A DNA stretch of 64,000 nucleotides, from positions 3,456,001-3,520,000 of the forward strand of contig OY759353.1 of assembly GCA_963662315.1 (NCBI GenBank), written 5' to 3'. This stretch comes from Geopsychrobacteraceae bacterium (GTDB lineage: Bacteria > Desulfobacterota > Desulfuromonadia > Desulfuromonadales > Geopsychrobacteraceae). The stretch's first letter is position 1, and each line of letters opens with the position of its first letter. Shown here one piece after another: positions 19,490-31,300 of this stretch. The notes under the pieces are model-generated. The model was not told where the DNA came from. It made no database searches and saw nothing but the letters and a program-made list of their open reading frames with translations. The translations under genes were made by a program, and so were the position numbers.

Positions 19490-21304
19490 ATGAAAAAACT
19501 ACTTTTCGTATTGCTGAGTGCCTTGCTTGCCATGCCAGGTACTTTGATGGCGCAGCCGACAATTGAGGAACTTCAGAAGCAGATCACTGAAATCGCTGCT
19601 GAACTGGATGAACTTTCCGGGCGCCTGAACAAACCGGAAATGCACTCTGCACTGGACCGGATCAATTTTTATGGTGACCTGCGTGTCACTGCTGACAGCC
19701 TGCATTATCAGGATGTCACTTATAATCCGGGTATTATGGTGGATTTCAATGACTTTTTCACTGAGGCAGCAGAAGGCGCTGGAATGATTCCCGGGGATCA
19801 GAGTCTTGGAACCTTCCAGGACTTCAATATGATGGATCCGGCGTCCAGTGTTATCACCGCGGATTCTACTGCTCTGGATAAAATGTTCTATAACCTGATG
19901 ATGAACGATCCTCAGGCGTTCAATCAGCTGCTGACAAATTTTGGAAACTGGGCCGCTAATGGTATGCCTGCTATCGATCCGGGTGCCTTCCGTATGGCAA
20001 CGGCTCCGAAAACATCGAATATCAATAATGATATCATGTACACCACACGTTTGCGCCTGGGTATGAAAGCCAAGGTCGCCAGTAATATGGATTTCGCTGG
20101 GCGTTTGACCATGTACAAAAACTGGGGCGATTCGACAACCTCAAAGGTTTTCGATTCCTGGAATGCATTTACCATGGACGGTACCGATGGCGGCAGTACT
20201 TCTGGGGACTGGTTGCGGGTCGAGCGTGCCTTCTTCGACTGGAAAGATATTGGTGGCAGCAACTTCTATCTGTCCATCGGGCGTCGTCCGTCGACTTATG
20301 GTCCACCCAGTCAGTATCGTGAAAACGAACTGCGTGGTGGCACCCCCACTGGTCACCTGGTTCACTTCAACTTCGACGGTATTACCATTGGCTATAAGTT
20401 GAGTGAAATCACGGGTATTGAAGGGCAGACCATCCGTTTCTGCTACGGTCAGGGTTTTGAGTCGGAGTGGGGTAACGGAACCCTGTTTAACGATGACATC
20501 ACCAAAAACCTGAAAGACACTCAGCTTGGTGGCTTCAACTTCGATATTTTTAACGATGGACAAACCTTCTTGCAGGCCACCCTGTTCCGCGCTCAGGATG
20601 TTGTTGACGGGTTCAAAGGCACCATCGCCTTCCCAACCCAGTATGGCGCTTTATTTGCGCCGACCATGTATAACGATATGCAAAAGTTCCCGACCTTCAA
20701 CTTTGAAGTTCGCTACACTCCAACCACGGTTATTGGTGATATCAACCTGGCGGCTTTAGGTTTTACTCGTGAAGAGGATAACGGTTTTGTTTGGTTTGGT
20801 TCGTTGGCTATGACCCAGATGGTTCCTAACGGCAAAGCCGGAATGTTTGGTGGTATGGTCACCGACGCTGTTTATCAGGCAACTCTGACCGCTGACGGCA
20901 GTGAAATATACATGGAGCCGGTACGCGCCGAGAACGACGACACCCAGGAAGGCTATGGTGTTTATGTCGGGGTTCAGATTCCTGCACCGATGGGCAAGTT
21001 GGGTCTTGAGTACAACTACGGTTCTCAGTACTGGACGCCATTCACCCAGGCTCAAGATGATCTGCTCGGCAGCAAGCTGGCGACCCGTGGTCATGTTGGT
21101 GAAATCTATTACATTTTTGATATCAACAACAATGCCTTCATCAAGCTTGGCGGCCTTTACTATGATTACGAATACACCGGCAGTGGTTCACCGGTTGGCA
21201 AGCCGGTCAAGATTGACGATATCAAAGATGGCAGCGCTTATTCTATGTTGCCGGTTGTTGATACCGCTTGGGATCTTTACGCGAAGATGACTCTTAAGTT
21301 CTGA
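19490..21304 (+). CDS. DUF3373-family outer-membrane beta-barrel protein
   Basis: Signal peptide, N-terminal coiled coil (IEELQKQITEIAAEL), TRLRLGM, FAGRLTMYKNWGDS, GRRPST.GPP, C-terminal Phe; RBS GGGAGG. Confidence 0.75.
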   Translation: MKKLLFVLLSALLAMPGTLMAQPTIEELQKQITEIAAELDELSGRLNKPEMHSALDRINFYGDLRVTADSLHYQDVTYNPGIMVDFNDFFTEAAEGAGMIPGDQSLGTFQDFNMMDPASSVITADSTALDKMFYNLMMNDPQAFNQLLTNFGNWAANGMPAIDPGAFRMATAPKTSNINNDIMYTTRLRLGMKAKVASNMDFAGRLTMYKNWGDSTTSKVFDSWNAFTMDGTDGGSTSGDWLRVERAFFDWKDIGGSNFYLSIGRRPSTYGPPSQYRENELRGGTPTGHLVHFNFDGITIGYKLSEITGIEGQTIRFCYGQGFESEWGNGTLFNDDITKNLKDTQLGGFNFDIFNDGQTFLQATLFRAQDVVDGFKGTIAFPTQYGALFAPTMYNDMQKFPTFNFEVRYTPTTVIGDINLAALGFTREEDNGFVWFGSLAMTQMVPNGKAGMFGGMVTDAVYQATLTADGSEIYMEPVRAENDDTQEGYGVYVGVQIPAPMGKLGLEYNYGSQYWTPFTQAQDDLLGSKLATRGHVGEIYYIFDINNNAFIKLGGLYYDYEYTGSGSPVGKPVKIDDIKDGSAYSMLPVVDTAWDLYAKMTLKF

Positions 21305-21416
21305 TGTTGATGCGGGTTAACCGCAATTGAAAGGGAGAGTCCTGTGGCCTCTCCCTCCTTTTTAATGTTATGTATCTAAAAGTTTGAATATTTAAATTAA
21401 TAAGACTAGGGTGATT

Positions 21417-22766
21417 ATGATGAAACGATATCTGCTGACGATAGCGCTGCTACTGATGGCCGCCTCAGCCTTTGCCATTGATCATGCTAAGGTGCTGAAG
21501 GGCGAGTTTGAAAATGCTACCGAGGTGACCGCAAAATGTCTCAAATGTCACAAGGGGCAGGCGAAGCATTTCATGGAAACCCCTCACTGGACTTGGACTC
21601 GTGAGATGGAGCTTGATGGGAAAAATGTCGAGCTTGGCAAAATCAACGCGATAAATAACTTCTGTACGACGACTTCAAGTAACCGGGTACACTGTAGCGA
21701 GTGTCATGCCGGTTACGGCTGGAAAGATGAACATTTCGATTTTACGGATGCGACCCGGGTTGACTGTCTGATCTGCCACGATACCACCGGTACCTACCAC
21801 AAAGATGGCGATAATTCCGGCTGGCCGGAAAAAGAGGTGAACCTTGGTGAAGTGGCCAGAAGTGTCGGCAAGCCGGTTCGTCAGAACTGCACCTCCTGCC
21901 ACGCTCTGGGTGGTGGTGGCAATAACGCCAAGCATGGAGATATCGGACTGATTCTTGACTATCCGGATCGCAATGTTGACGTTCACATGGATGCGGAGGG
22001 CAATGACTTCCAGTGCCAGGCCTGTCATGAAACTGAGAAACACAATATTTCCGGTGCTAACATGGCGACCTCACCCGATGGCAAGAACGCATTTGGTTGT
22101 GACAAGTGCCATGGCGAGGCTCCACATGAAGAGTCTCGTCTGAATGCCCATGCTGCGCGCGTTGCCTGCCAGACCTGCCATATTCCCGTCTACGCCAAGG
22201 AAGATCCGACCCAAATGGATTGGGATTGGTCAACGGTTGGCCTTGATAAGGCGCCCGAAGGTGTTGACGGCAAAATTGTCCGCTACAAGAAGTCGACCGG
22301 AACCCAGATCTGGAAAACCAACCAGATTCCTTCTTACGCTTGGTTTAATGGCAAGTCAGGGGTTTCTCTGGTGGGTGATAAAATTGACCCAACCCAGGTC
22401 ACCAAGCTGACCTGGCCGCTGGGTGATATTAACGATGACACGGCCAAGATTCATCCGTTTAAAATCCACACCGGAAAACAGGCTTACGATGTTCAGAATA
22501 AATATTTTGTCGCCACCCATGTCTACGGTGACGATGGACTGTGGACGACCTTCGACTGGCAAAAGTCTATTGAGATTGGTATGAGAACCAAGAAGTTGCC
22601 TTACAGTGGTGAGTATGGTTTTGCTCCGACCGAAATGTACTGGCGTCTTGATCATATGGTGGCACCCAAAGAACAAGCCCTGAAGTGTCTTGACTGTCAT
22701 GGCGACAACGGCCGTATGGATTGGGCGGCCCTCGGCTATGGTAGTGATCCGATGGGTGGTAAATAA
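21417..22766 (+). CDS. Octaheme c-type cytochrome, tetrathionate reductase (OTR) family
   Basis: Signal peptide; eight CxxCH (CLKCH, CSECH, CLICH, CTSCH, CQACH, CDKCH, CQTCH, CLDCH); HWTW, GKINAINNFC, CHAGYGW, HMVAPK. Confidence 0.88.
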   Translation: MMKRYLLTIALLLMAASAFAIDHAKVLKGEFENATEVTAKCLKCHKGQAKHFMETPHWTWTREMELDGKNVELGKINAINNFCTTTSSNRVHCSECHAGYGWKDEHFDFTDATRVDCLICHDTTGTYHKDGDNSGWPEKEVNLGEVARSVGKPVRQNCTSCHALGGGGNNAKHGDIGLILDYPDRNVDVHMDAEGNDFQCQACHETEKHNISGANMATSPDGKNAFGCDKCHGEAPHEESRLNAHAARVACQTCHIPVYAKEDPTQMDWDWSTVGLDKAPEGVDGKIVRYKKSTGTQIWKTNQIPSYAWFNGKSGVSLVGDKIDPTQVTKLTWPLGDINDDTAKIHPFKIHTGKQAYDVQNKYFVATHVYGDDGLWTTFDWQKSIEIGMRTKKLPYSGEYGFAPTEMYWRLDHMVAPKEQALKCLDCHGDNGRMDWAALGYGSDPMGGK

Positions 22767-22801
22767 GTATTCATTCAGTATCCTTGTTATCCAATAACCA
22801 T

Positions 22802-22831
22802 AAGCGGCCTTCATGCAGGGCCGCTTTTTTT
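22802..22831 (+). terminator. Rho-independent terminator
   Basis: aagcggcct-tcatgc-agggccgc followed by a T run. Confidence 0.8.
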
Positions 22832-22975
22832 ATGTTCAGTCAGATCCTCGTCATATTTTTTCATTAGAATGTCCTCCTGGTAAAAATAACAAATCAATGC
22901 AGTCGTCTGATTTTTGTAGTATTGTTCCGGTTTATTTCAGACATGAGATAATTATTAAACGTGGAGACTGAGGTA

Positions 22976-23953
22976 ATGGCAACATTTCAACCGTATGTGA
23001 TCAGAGTACTGTCTGGCAGCTTTTTCCTGCTCTTATTGGCAGGGTTTGCTGTCAATGACAGTTGGGCAAATGTTGAACTCTCAGCTGCCGGTGGGGTGAT
23101 GAGTGGCTATAGCCAATATGAAATTGGCGGCACAACCATTTACCCTTCAGAAGTGACGGAGTATCATTTTCCCGTTAGTCGTCTCAGATTTCCTGTTGAT
23201 AGCGCTCTGGTCAAGGTCAACGGACGTGTCCGTGCCGGTGAGCACTGGACCTTCAGCCTTGAGATGGCCACAAATCTCACCGAAAATACTGGAGAGATGA
23301 AGGATTACGATTGGGGCATTTACAGTGGTTCCTCACCTGATCAACTTGATGTTTATTCTGAAAGTGACTGCGATATGGAGTTTTTTCAGTTTGATGCCAG
23401 GGGACGTTATCAAATTACTGAAATAATTCTGGGTCACTCAACCATTGGCAGCTGGCGACTTGTTCCGGCGCTGGGGGGTGGCTTCAAATATCAGCATTAT
23501 GATTTCAGCACCTTTGATCTTGACCAGTGGTCACCTTCACATCCCGAGAATGAATCGATCCGTAAATCAGGGAAAGTTCTCACTTATACTGCTGCTTATG
23601 AAATCCCATACCTTGAGCTAAGCTGTTCTCTGGTCCTTCCGGAAAAACTAAGTTTTGATGTTGGCCTGGCTTATGCCCCTTGGCTGAACTTCAGAGACCG
23701 GGACGCTCATCTGCTGCGCGACCGGGTCTCTAAAGCGGATCATCATTGGAATGGCTCAGCTATTATGGTCAATTCCAGCATGCGCTATGACCTTGAAAAT
23801 AACTGGTTTGTTAAGGCTGACCTGGAGCTGGTTTATCTCCAGTCCGAAGGGCGCGCCGATGTGTATGATTCAGGGGTCTGGCACCATTCCATTCAAGAAA
23901 GAGTCGAAAGTCGGCAGAGCAGCGTGTGTGTGTTTCTGGGGTATCGGTTTTAA
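22976..23953 (+). CDS. Omptin-family outer membrane protease
   Basis: SRLRFP, MKDYDW (Asp-x-Asp), DRDAHLLR (Asp-x-His), C-terminal GYRF barrel signal. Confidence 0.75.
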   Translation: MATFQPYVIRVLSGSFFLLLLAGFAVNDSWANVELSAAGGVMSGYSQYEIGGTTIYPSEVTEYHFPVSRLRFPVDSALVKVNGRVRAGEHWTFSLEMATNLTENTGEMKDYDWGIYSGSSPDQLDVYSESDCDMEFFQFDARGRYQITEIILGHSTIGSWRLVPALGGGFKYQHYDFSTFDLDQWSPSHPENESIRKSGKVLTYTAAYEIPYLELSCSLVLPEKLSFDVGLAYAPWLNFRDRDAHLLRDRVSKADHHWNGSAIMVNSSMRYDLENNWFVKADLELVYLQSEGRADVYDSGVWHHSIQERVESRQSSVCVFLGYRF

Positions 23954-24170
23954 TTTTGAATCTCAACAGCTTATGTCATGTAACCGCTTATCTTCTTAAC
24001 TTAGATTCTGTTTTCCGTTCATAAAGAAAAAATGCCTCCGATGTGAAGTCGTGCTCATGAGGTCCTCCCTTTCTAAGGCTGTTGAAAGCTGAACTGGCAA
24101 GAACAATGGCTCGAGCGTTGGACTAATAATGCTGACAAAAGTTTTATAGGCAAACGAGGCGGGAACGGGT

Positions 24171-26165
24171 TTAACGCAACGCCAATTCCTGCTTTTCCAG
24201 TGCCAGCATCTGATCACGCAGCTCGGCAGCCCGCTCAAAGTCTAAATTTGCTGCTGCTTCAAGCATCTGTTGCTTGGTGACGCCGATCTGTTTTTTGAGT
24301 TCATCAGGCGATATGTACTCTGCTGCTGCTTCTGCAACATGCGGGAGCGCAGCGGAATTTTTGCCGGACAGATCTTCAAGAATCGTGCGCAATGATTTTT
24401 TGACCGACTGTGGGATGATGCCGTGTTCTTCATTGTAGGCCAGCTGCTTCGTCCGGCGCCGCTCTGTTTCATCAATACAGGCCTGCATGGATCGGGTGGT
24501 CCGGTCGGCATACATGATGACCCGCCCGTCAACATTTCGTGCTGCGCGTCCGCAGGTCTGGATCAGCGAGCGCTCACTGCGCAGGAATCCTTCCTTGTCG
24601 GCATCGAGAATCGCGACCAGGGCCACCTCCGGGATATCCAGCCCCTCCCGCAACAGGTTGATCCCGACCAGAACATCAATTTCTCCTTCACGCAAGGCAC
24701 GGATGATCTGCATCCGTTCCAGCGTATCGATATCGGAATGGAGATAGTTGACCTTGATATTCAGCTCCTTCAGGTAGCCGGTCAGGTCTTCCGCCATCCG
24801 TTTGGTCAGGGTTGTTGCCAGAACCCGCTGTTGTTTGGCGATGGTTTCGCGGATTTCGCCGATCAGATCATCAACCTGTTCGGTTGCCGGGCGAATTTCA
24901 ATCGGCGGATCGACCAGGCCGGTGGGGCGGATAACCTGCTCGACAAAGACCCCTTCCGCTTTTTCCATTTCGTAGTCAGCCGGAGTGGCCGATACATAAA
25001 CGGTCTGTGGTTGGCGCTCGGTAAACTCTTCAAACATCAAGGGCCGGTTGTCCAGAGCTGAAGGCAGCCGGAAGCCAAAATTGACCAGCGTCTCTTTGCG
25101 CGAGCGGTCACCACGATACATGGCGCCGACTTGGCTGACACTGACGTGGCTTTCGTCGATAAACATCAGTGCGTCATCCGGCAGGTAGGAAAGCAGAGTC
25201 GCCGGTGCCATGCCCGGTTTGCGCCCGTCCAGGAAGCGGGAATAGTTTTCAATCCCCTGACAATAGCCCATCTCTTCGATCATTTCGATGTCAAACAGGG
25301 TGCGTTGCTCAATGCGCTGCGCTTCGAGGAGCATATTATTGTCACGGAAATATTGAATTCGGGTCTGCAACTCATCCTGAATTTCTTTGATGGCGCGTTC
25401 CAGGGTCGGTTTGGTGGCGACGTAGTGGCTGGCCGGAAAAATGGCGGTACGCTCAAGGCGGTCGATGACTTGCCCGCGCAACGGATCTATTTCACTGATG
25501 GCGTCAATCTCATCACCAAAGAATTCAATGCGTAGCGCGCGCTTCTCTTCATAGGCCGGAAAAATTTCAACACTGTCCCCACGGACCCGGAAGGTGCCAC
25601 GGTGAAAATCGATATCGTTACGCTCATACTGAATTTCCACCAGGTTGTGGAGGAAAGCATTCCGGTCGAGTTCCATACCGGTTTTCAGGTTCACCAGCAT
25701 GCCGTAATAGGCTTCCGGTGATCCGAGGCCATAAATACAACTGACGGAAGCGACAATCAGAACATCACGGCGTGACAGCAGGGAGCGGGTGGCGCTGTGG
25801 CGCAATTTATCAATTTCCTCATTGATGGAGCTGTCTTTTTCGATAAAAGTATCTGTGGAAGGGACGTAGGCTTCCGGTTGGTAGTAGTCATAATAACTGA
25901 CAAAATATTCAACGGCGTTGTTGGGAAATAGCTCTTTGAACTCACCGTAAAGTTGGGCTGCAAGGGTTTTGTTATGGGCAAGAACAAGGGTCGGTCTTTG
26001 TAATTGGTTAACAACGTTAGCCATAGTGAAGGTTTTGCCGGAACCGGTGACGCCTAATAACACCTGGTGGCGGTCACCTCGTTCAATTCCTTCACAAAGT
26101 TCTTTAATTGCCTGGGGTTGGTCACCGCGCGGCTGGTAATCTGATATCAGTTCAAATTGGGCCAT
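24171..26165 (-). CDS. uvrB: Excinuclease ABC subunit B
   Basis: [32 protein letters not shown]-terminal UVR domain. Confidence 0.98.
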   Translation of the reverse strand: MAQFELISDYQPRGDQPQAIKELCEGIERGDRHQVLLGVTGSGKTFTMANVVNQLQRPTLVLAHNKTLAAQLYGEFKELFPNNAVEYFVSYYDYYQPEAYVPSTDTFIEKDSSINEEIDKLRHSATRSLLSRRDVLIVASVSCIYGLGSPEAYYGMLVNLKTGMELDRNAFLHNLVEIQYERNDIDFHRGTFRVRGDSVEIFPAYEEKRALRIEFFGDEIDAISEIDPLRGQVIDRLERTAIFPASHYVATKPTLERAIKEIQDELQTRIQYFRDNNMLLEAQRIEQRTLFDIEMIEEMGYCQGIENYSRFLDGRKPGMAPATLLSYLPDDALMFIDESHVSVSQVGAMYRGDRSRKETLVNFGFRLPSALDNRPLMFEEFTERQPQTVYVSATPADYEMEKAEGVFVEQVIRPTGLVDPPIEIRPATEQVDDLIGEIRETIAKQQRVLATTLTKRMAEDLTGYLKELNIKVNYLHSDIDTLERMQIIRALREGEIDVLVGINLLREGLDIPEVALVAILDADKEGFLRSERSLIQTCGRAARNVDGRVIMYADRTTRSMQACIDETERRRTKQLAYNEEHGIIPQSVKKSLRTILEDLSGKNSAALPHVAEAAAEYISPDELKKQIGVTKQQMLEAAANLDFERAAELRDQMLALEKQELALR

Positions 26166-26265
26166 TTCATAATCACTTAACAAACAGGGTGAATAAATAC
26201 TTGAGAAACCTGATCTAGCATGGTAGTCCAAAACAGACAAAAAGTCTTGTCCCGGAGGATAAAAA

Positions 26266-27129
26266 ATGCAGGGAAGAAAAAGCAAATTAGCTTACAGTAT
26301 CATGTGGAACGTCGGCCTGATTACGGTTGGCTCCATTATCCAGGCTGTTGCTCTTAAGGGTTTGGCGACACCGCAGAATTTTGTCCCGGGCGGAATTTTC
26401 GGGGTTGCTTCACTGATTTATTATAAGCTGAATATTTTAAATCCCGGTTATCTTTATCTGCTCCTTAATATTCCCTTGTTTATTCTGGGCTACCTGTTTA
26501 TTTCACGGCGCTTTCTCTGGTACAGCGCCCTGTCCATGTGTGAACTGTCTTTTTTTTACCAGGTTGTCTCTGCCGATTTTCAGATCAGCAATCAGCTGTA
26601 TGCGTCCTTGGTGTTTGGCTGCGTTATCGGTGCCGGCGGCGGGATTGTCCTGCGCTCCCTTGGCTCAAACGGAGGACTGGATGTCATTGCCATTATTCTG
26701 AATCAGAAGTTTAATATCGGGGTAGGAAAAACCTATTTCGGTTTTAATCTCACCCTGTTCACCTTAAGTTTTGCCAGTATCGACAATGACCTGGTGATTG
26801 CCTCAATGATCGCCGTGTTTGTCTCATCAATCACTGTTGAGTATGTCCTGTCCATGTTCAACCAGCGCAAACTGACCTTTATTATTTCTGCCAAACCGGA
26901 AGAAATCGCCGAGCGTGTCATGAATGACCTTAAGATCGGCACCACTTTGCTCCCTGCCGTGGGCGCTTATCACCGCCAGGCGCGTACCGTTGTTATGGTC
27001 GTCATTAACAATATTCAGCTGAAAAAACTGGAAGAGATTGTTTTTACCGAAGATGAGCATGCCCTGTTTATTGTGGAAAACACTTTCAGTGTTCTTGGCT
27101 CGACCTTTTCACGGCGCAAATTATACTGA
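26266..27129 (+). CDS. YitT (DUF161/DUF2179) membrane protein
   Basis: [23 protein letters not shown]-terminal soluble domain. Confidence 0.85.
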   Translation: MQGRKSKLAYSIMWNVGLITVGSIIQAVALKGLATPQNFVPGGIFGVASLIYYKLNILNPGYLYLLLNIPLFILGYLFISRRFLWYSALSMCELSFFYQVVSADFQISNQLYASLVFGCVIGAGGGIVLRSLGSNGGLDVIAIILNQKFNIGVGKTYFGFNLTLFTLSFASIDNDLVIASMIAVFVSSITVEYVLSMFNQRKLTFIISAKPEEIAERVMNDLKIGTTLLPAVGAYHRQARTVVMVVINNIQLKKLEEIVFTEDEHALFIVENTFSVLGSTFSRRKLY

Positions 27130-27308
27130 TTTGCCGGGAACGGTATCGGTTAGGTTGTTGATAGGGCTAAGATCTGCAACTTATCGGAAAACAGTAATAA
27201 TTTATTTTTTGAATTATAATTTTTCTTCTGTTGCCTAAGTATTATTTCTGTCTTAATATATTACCAATATGGTCAGCTAGTGCGGGGGCCTTTTCACCGT
27301 CAGGAGTT

Positions 27309-27434
27309 ATGGGTATGGAACATTTAAGTCAAAAGCAACATCGGAGCATGGGGTCCTATTTTTTCTGGTTTTTGGATCAGTTTGAGAAACTGGCAAGACG
27401 CCTTCGTCCTGACCTGATCGACTATAAGGGTTGA
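27309..27434 (+). CDS. Putative small protein (41 aa)
   Basis: AGGAG upstream of ATG 27309; lies in an intergenic gap; MGMEHLSQKQHRSMGSYFFWFLDQFEKLARRLRPDLIDYKG. Confidence 0.35.
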   Translation: MGMEHLSQKQHRSMGSYFFWFLDQFEKLARRLRPDLIDYKG

Positions 27435-27548
27435 TCATCTCTAACTGATTTAGATCCCGTCGTTTCCTCTGCACTCTACCTGTCTGACTCCGATTACCAC
27501 ATTTTAGCGGTTTGTTTTTTCCTTCTTTCAGCACCGCCAGGCTAACTC

Positions 27549-28367
27549 TTACTGCAGCATAGGCATTTCAGGAACAAGTAATGACGGGTCCAATCGCGTC
27601 TGGAACCAGTTGACGCGCCAGTCAAGGTGTGGGCCGGTAACGCGCCCGCTGGCACCGACTTTCGCAATAATGTCCCCTTGGGCGACCTGGTCTCCGACTT
27701 TAACGTCAATGGCGCTGAGATGAAGAAATGTTGATGACAGGCCCATGCCATGGTCGACAATCAGGGTCTTGCCGGAATAAAACATCCCCTCGTGAGCAAG
27801 GGTGACCACACCTCCCGCCGGTGCTTTGATCGGAGTTCCGGCAGGTACGGCGATATCTATGCCGAAATGCGGGCGACGCGGTTCACCGTTGAAGATGCGT
27901 TGGCTGCCGTAGATGCCGCTGATGCGTCCGCAGGTCGGCCAGATAAATGTTTCGCTGAAGTGCTGTAGAGGTAATGGTTTGGTTCGGGCGTCTTTGACCA
28001 GAGCTGATTCTGCTTTTATGCGTTTCAATTGTTCCTTAGACGGGTGCATCATTTGCTCACTGATACCGTCTACCCGTTCAATCTGGTAATGGCGGGGTTC
28101 GATAGTCACGGTTTGCTCAGAAATACGCCCCTGTGCATCAATCTCTTTCAGGTGGTGGTGCAGCTCGGCATCGCGGCCAAAACCAAAAATAAAATCCCCT
28201 TGCAGCGAAACAGCAATCGGCTGGTCATTCAGCAGAATATGATGACCTGGCTGGGTATGCCCGCGAATTAGCCCTCCCTGAACGAATGCACCGTGCAGCT
28301 GCACTTCGGCAAATAGTGGCCATGGAAAACTGAACATGAGAAGTAGTAGCAATGGTCCGAGTTTCAT
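27549..28367 (-). CDS. M23 family metallopeptidase
   Basis: HFGID, HLS, TGPHLDW; signal peptide. Confidence 0.92.
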   Translation of the reverse strand: MKLGPLLLLLMFSFPWPLFAEVQLHGAFVQGGLIRGHTQPGHHILLNDQPIAVSLQGDFIFGFGRDAELHHHLKEIDAQGRISEQTVTIEPRHYQIERVDGISEQMMHPSKEQLKRIKAESALVKDARTKPLPLQHFSETFIWPTCGRISGIYGSQRIFNGEPRRPHFGIDIAVPAGTPIKAPAGGVVTLAHEGMFYSGKTLIVDHGMGLSSTFLHLSAIDVKVGDQVAQGDIIAKVGASGRVTGPHLDWRVNWFQTRLDPSLLVPEMPMLQ

Positions 28368-28381
28368 AATGATACTTCCTG

Positions 28382-31300
28382 TTATTTCGAATTGATGCCA
28401 AACTCCACTCGGCTGGCAACACCCTCATCCGGTTTTTTGAAGATATCGGTCTGCTTCAGGAACAGGCGTGGCTTGAGATCCGGTTTTAGAACCTCCAGAG
28501 TATCCCGGACATTCAGAGCACGTTCCTTGGCCAGCACGGCAAGTTGTTCATCTCCGGCAAGAATATTGGACAGCAGGAGTTTTTCCATCTCTTCAACCGG
28601 CAGCTCTTTGAGGGTCCCCAGGCTCGTCCGTGGTCTGGGAAAGGATGCTTCTTTATAGGCGAAGGTGAGCAGCTCGGGGTATTCTTCCGCGCTAATGATG
28701 AGGTGTTCCGCCTGCGCTTGCGGATCATTTTTGATTTCAAGCTCACGCTGTTTGATAGCAATTAGGTGCTTATGCAACTGGTTTTTCCGGTACGCTTCGG
28801 GATCCTGTTCACGGTCGGCATAGGCGCTGATTTCCAGCGTCAGAGATGGTCGCCTGAGCAATACCTCGGCAAGTTCTCCAAGTTTTTTCTGCTGCTCAGG
28901 ATCAAGAAGGCTGGTTCCCGGTGCAAAAGCTATACTGGAAAAGTCTTCCCCGCTGCCTAAGGCGGCTGTCAACAGAGAAAAAGGGGAGGTTGCGGCTTTA
29001 ACCAGTAGATTGCGCAGGACGGTAACAATGGTTCCGGCGACGCTGAAGTTTGGATCTTCAAGATTACCTGAGACCGGGATATTCAAATGGATTTCATCGT
29101 CGCGATTTTTCAGCAGGGCGACGGCTAAAGAGACTGGCAGGGTCGTCGCTTTATCGCTTTTGACTTGGTCGCCGAAGGTGAACTGGTCAATCATAACCCG
29201 GTTGGAGGCCGTGATGTGCTGATGGTTGATCGTGTAACTGAGATCAAGGTAAAGTTTTCCTTTGTCGATGGCATAGCCGAGATAGGTCCCTGAGTAAGGG
29301 GTCATCGGTGACAGGTCAATATCGTTAAAACTGATGGTCAGATCGGCAAAAAGCTCTCTGCTTAGTGGATTGATCACACCCTGAACGGTCAATGGTGAGT
29401 GATTTTCCAGTTTGCCGCGCAGATCTACATCGGCGCGCATATTTACATCAGAAGACAAGCCGGAAACCCGCCCACCCAATTCATGCATGGTGGTCGTAAA
29501 GGTGCTCGGGAGATGGCGGTCCGTGAAGGTGACGGTCCCCCCCTGCATGGTCACATTGTTGATACTGATTTCTGAGGTGGTATCGCTGGCTGGCTCCGAG
29601 CTCGCAGCTGGAGCCACGCTTGCCGCAGGCGCCTGCTGGTCAGGCGTCGGCATGTCATTGACGGTGGTCAGGTTAATCTGCCCTTCCGGGTCGATTTCGA
29701 TGTTGGCCGTGTAGTTACTGAGGGCGACATCGTCAAGATGCAGGGCAAATGGCGCTAAATTCCCCCTAATCCCTTTAATATTCAGATCCTGCCAAAAGAG
29801 CAACTGATCGTAACTGCGGCGATCGAGTAAATCAAAGTTGCTGATGTCAGTGGTACCGGAAAAATCCCCGGTAAAGGTATCTGCTTCCTGGACAATGTTG
29901 ATCGCCAGATTGGTGAAGACGCGACCACTTCTTAGCGTGAGCTGCAGATTGTCAGGGATAAAGCCGTTATAGTCTTTCAGAGCGATATCAGAAACTTGCA
30001 GTGTGCTGTTTAGGTTAAGGGGGGTATGGACGAGGTTCCCTTCAGCGTGAACGGCCCCAAGGTGTCCGGGTTCGAAACTTACAGAAAACCGGCTTTGCTC
30101 AGCCGTCGGGTAACTGATATTTTCCATATGGAACGCCAGGTTTTTCAGGCGGGCTATCGGTTGGCGGTCGCGGCTCTGGTCCTGAAAGGTCGCTGCGAAA
30201 TTAACCAGATCAAGGCTGCCAAGGTTAATCTGCCAGGGAGGTTCTGTGGTGGTTGGCTCATGCTGTTCCGGTGTTGTCTCTGATGATTCCGGCGGGTTGG
30301 TGGGCTGGAGCAGATGTTCTGGACTGAAGCTGCCATCGGCCAGTCTTGTAACGTTCAGGTCGCCATCTTTAAAAGTAATATTGCCAAGCCTGAGCTGTTT
30401 ATCCTCAAGATCAAAGGATACGTCACGTATTTGTAGCGCGGCGAGAGAAAACTGATCCTGATCATTGAATGGAACGATCAGGTTGTCCAGACTGAGCAGG
30501 CCGTCGGCCAGGGTGACATTGCCTGCGCTGGTGTAATGGACCTTGCTCCAGATGCTGGCTTTCCCCGCAAGCGGGGCCGTTAACATGTTTTCAAGATAGG
30601 GGTAATATGGCGTCAGCGGCAAGTCGTTCAGGTTGACATCCAGGTCGGCAGAGACGGGGGTCAACCCCAGTTGTCCGTTCAGGTTAAAGCTGGCGTTACG
30701 AGCGCTGGTAAAAGAGACGGCAATATCCGCCTGCTGATCCTGGTGAGTTGACAGGTTGGAGGCACTGATGCTGATGGCACTGATGTCTTCACTGTGCCCA
30801 CCGGTTACACTGTCATCATGAAAATGAATTTGACCATCGGCAAGCTTTAGCGTGTCGATCAGCAACTGAAGCGTCCGAGGGGGATTGTTTTGTTGTGGTA
30901 CAGCCTGAGCGGCGGGAGCGGCTGGCACAGAAGATAATGGCTCTGCTGTGCTATCCTCGGTAGCAGAAAACAATTGCAACAGATTCAATTGACCGTCCTG
31001 ATCACGGTTGACATACAGCTGTGGCTCGTAAATTTCGAGCGACTCAAGGTTGATATCCTGCTGAAAAATATCCGCCTCCCGTAAGTCGATCAGCAGGGTT
31101 GGCAGCTGGAACAGAGGGCTGCCGTCCGGCTTTTGAATATCAAGATCACTGACGGCAAATTGTCCACCGACCGTGAGCCTGGGCTGTGCGTCGTCAGCAA
31201 TGATGTATTTCAGTTCAATTTCAAAATCGAGACTCCCCTGTAAGACTTTCACTGGTAAGGCTACCGGCGAGGTGTCGGCGTAAAAGGGGAGCTGGGCCGC

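Noticed and set aside
24149..24185. GGCAAAC...ACGCAA resembling a c-di-GMP-I (GEMM) riboswitch
   Set aside because: No P2 stem or GNRA loop, overlaps the uvrB stop, and no downstream gene on that strand
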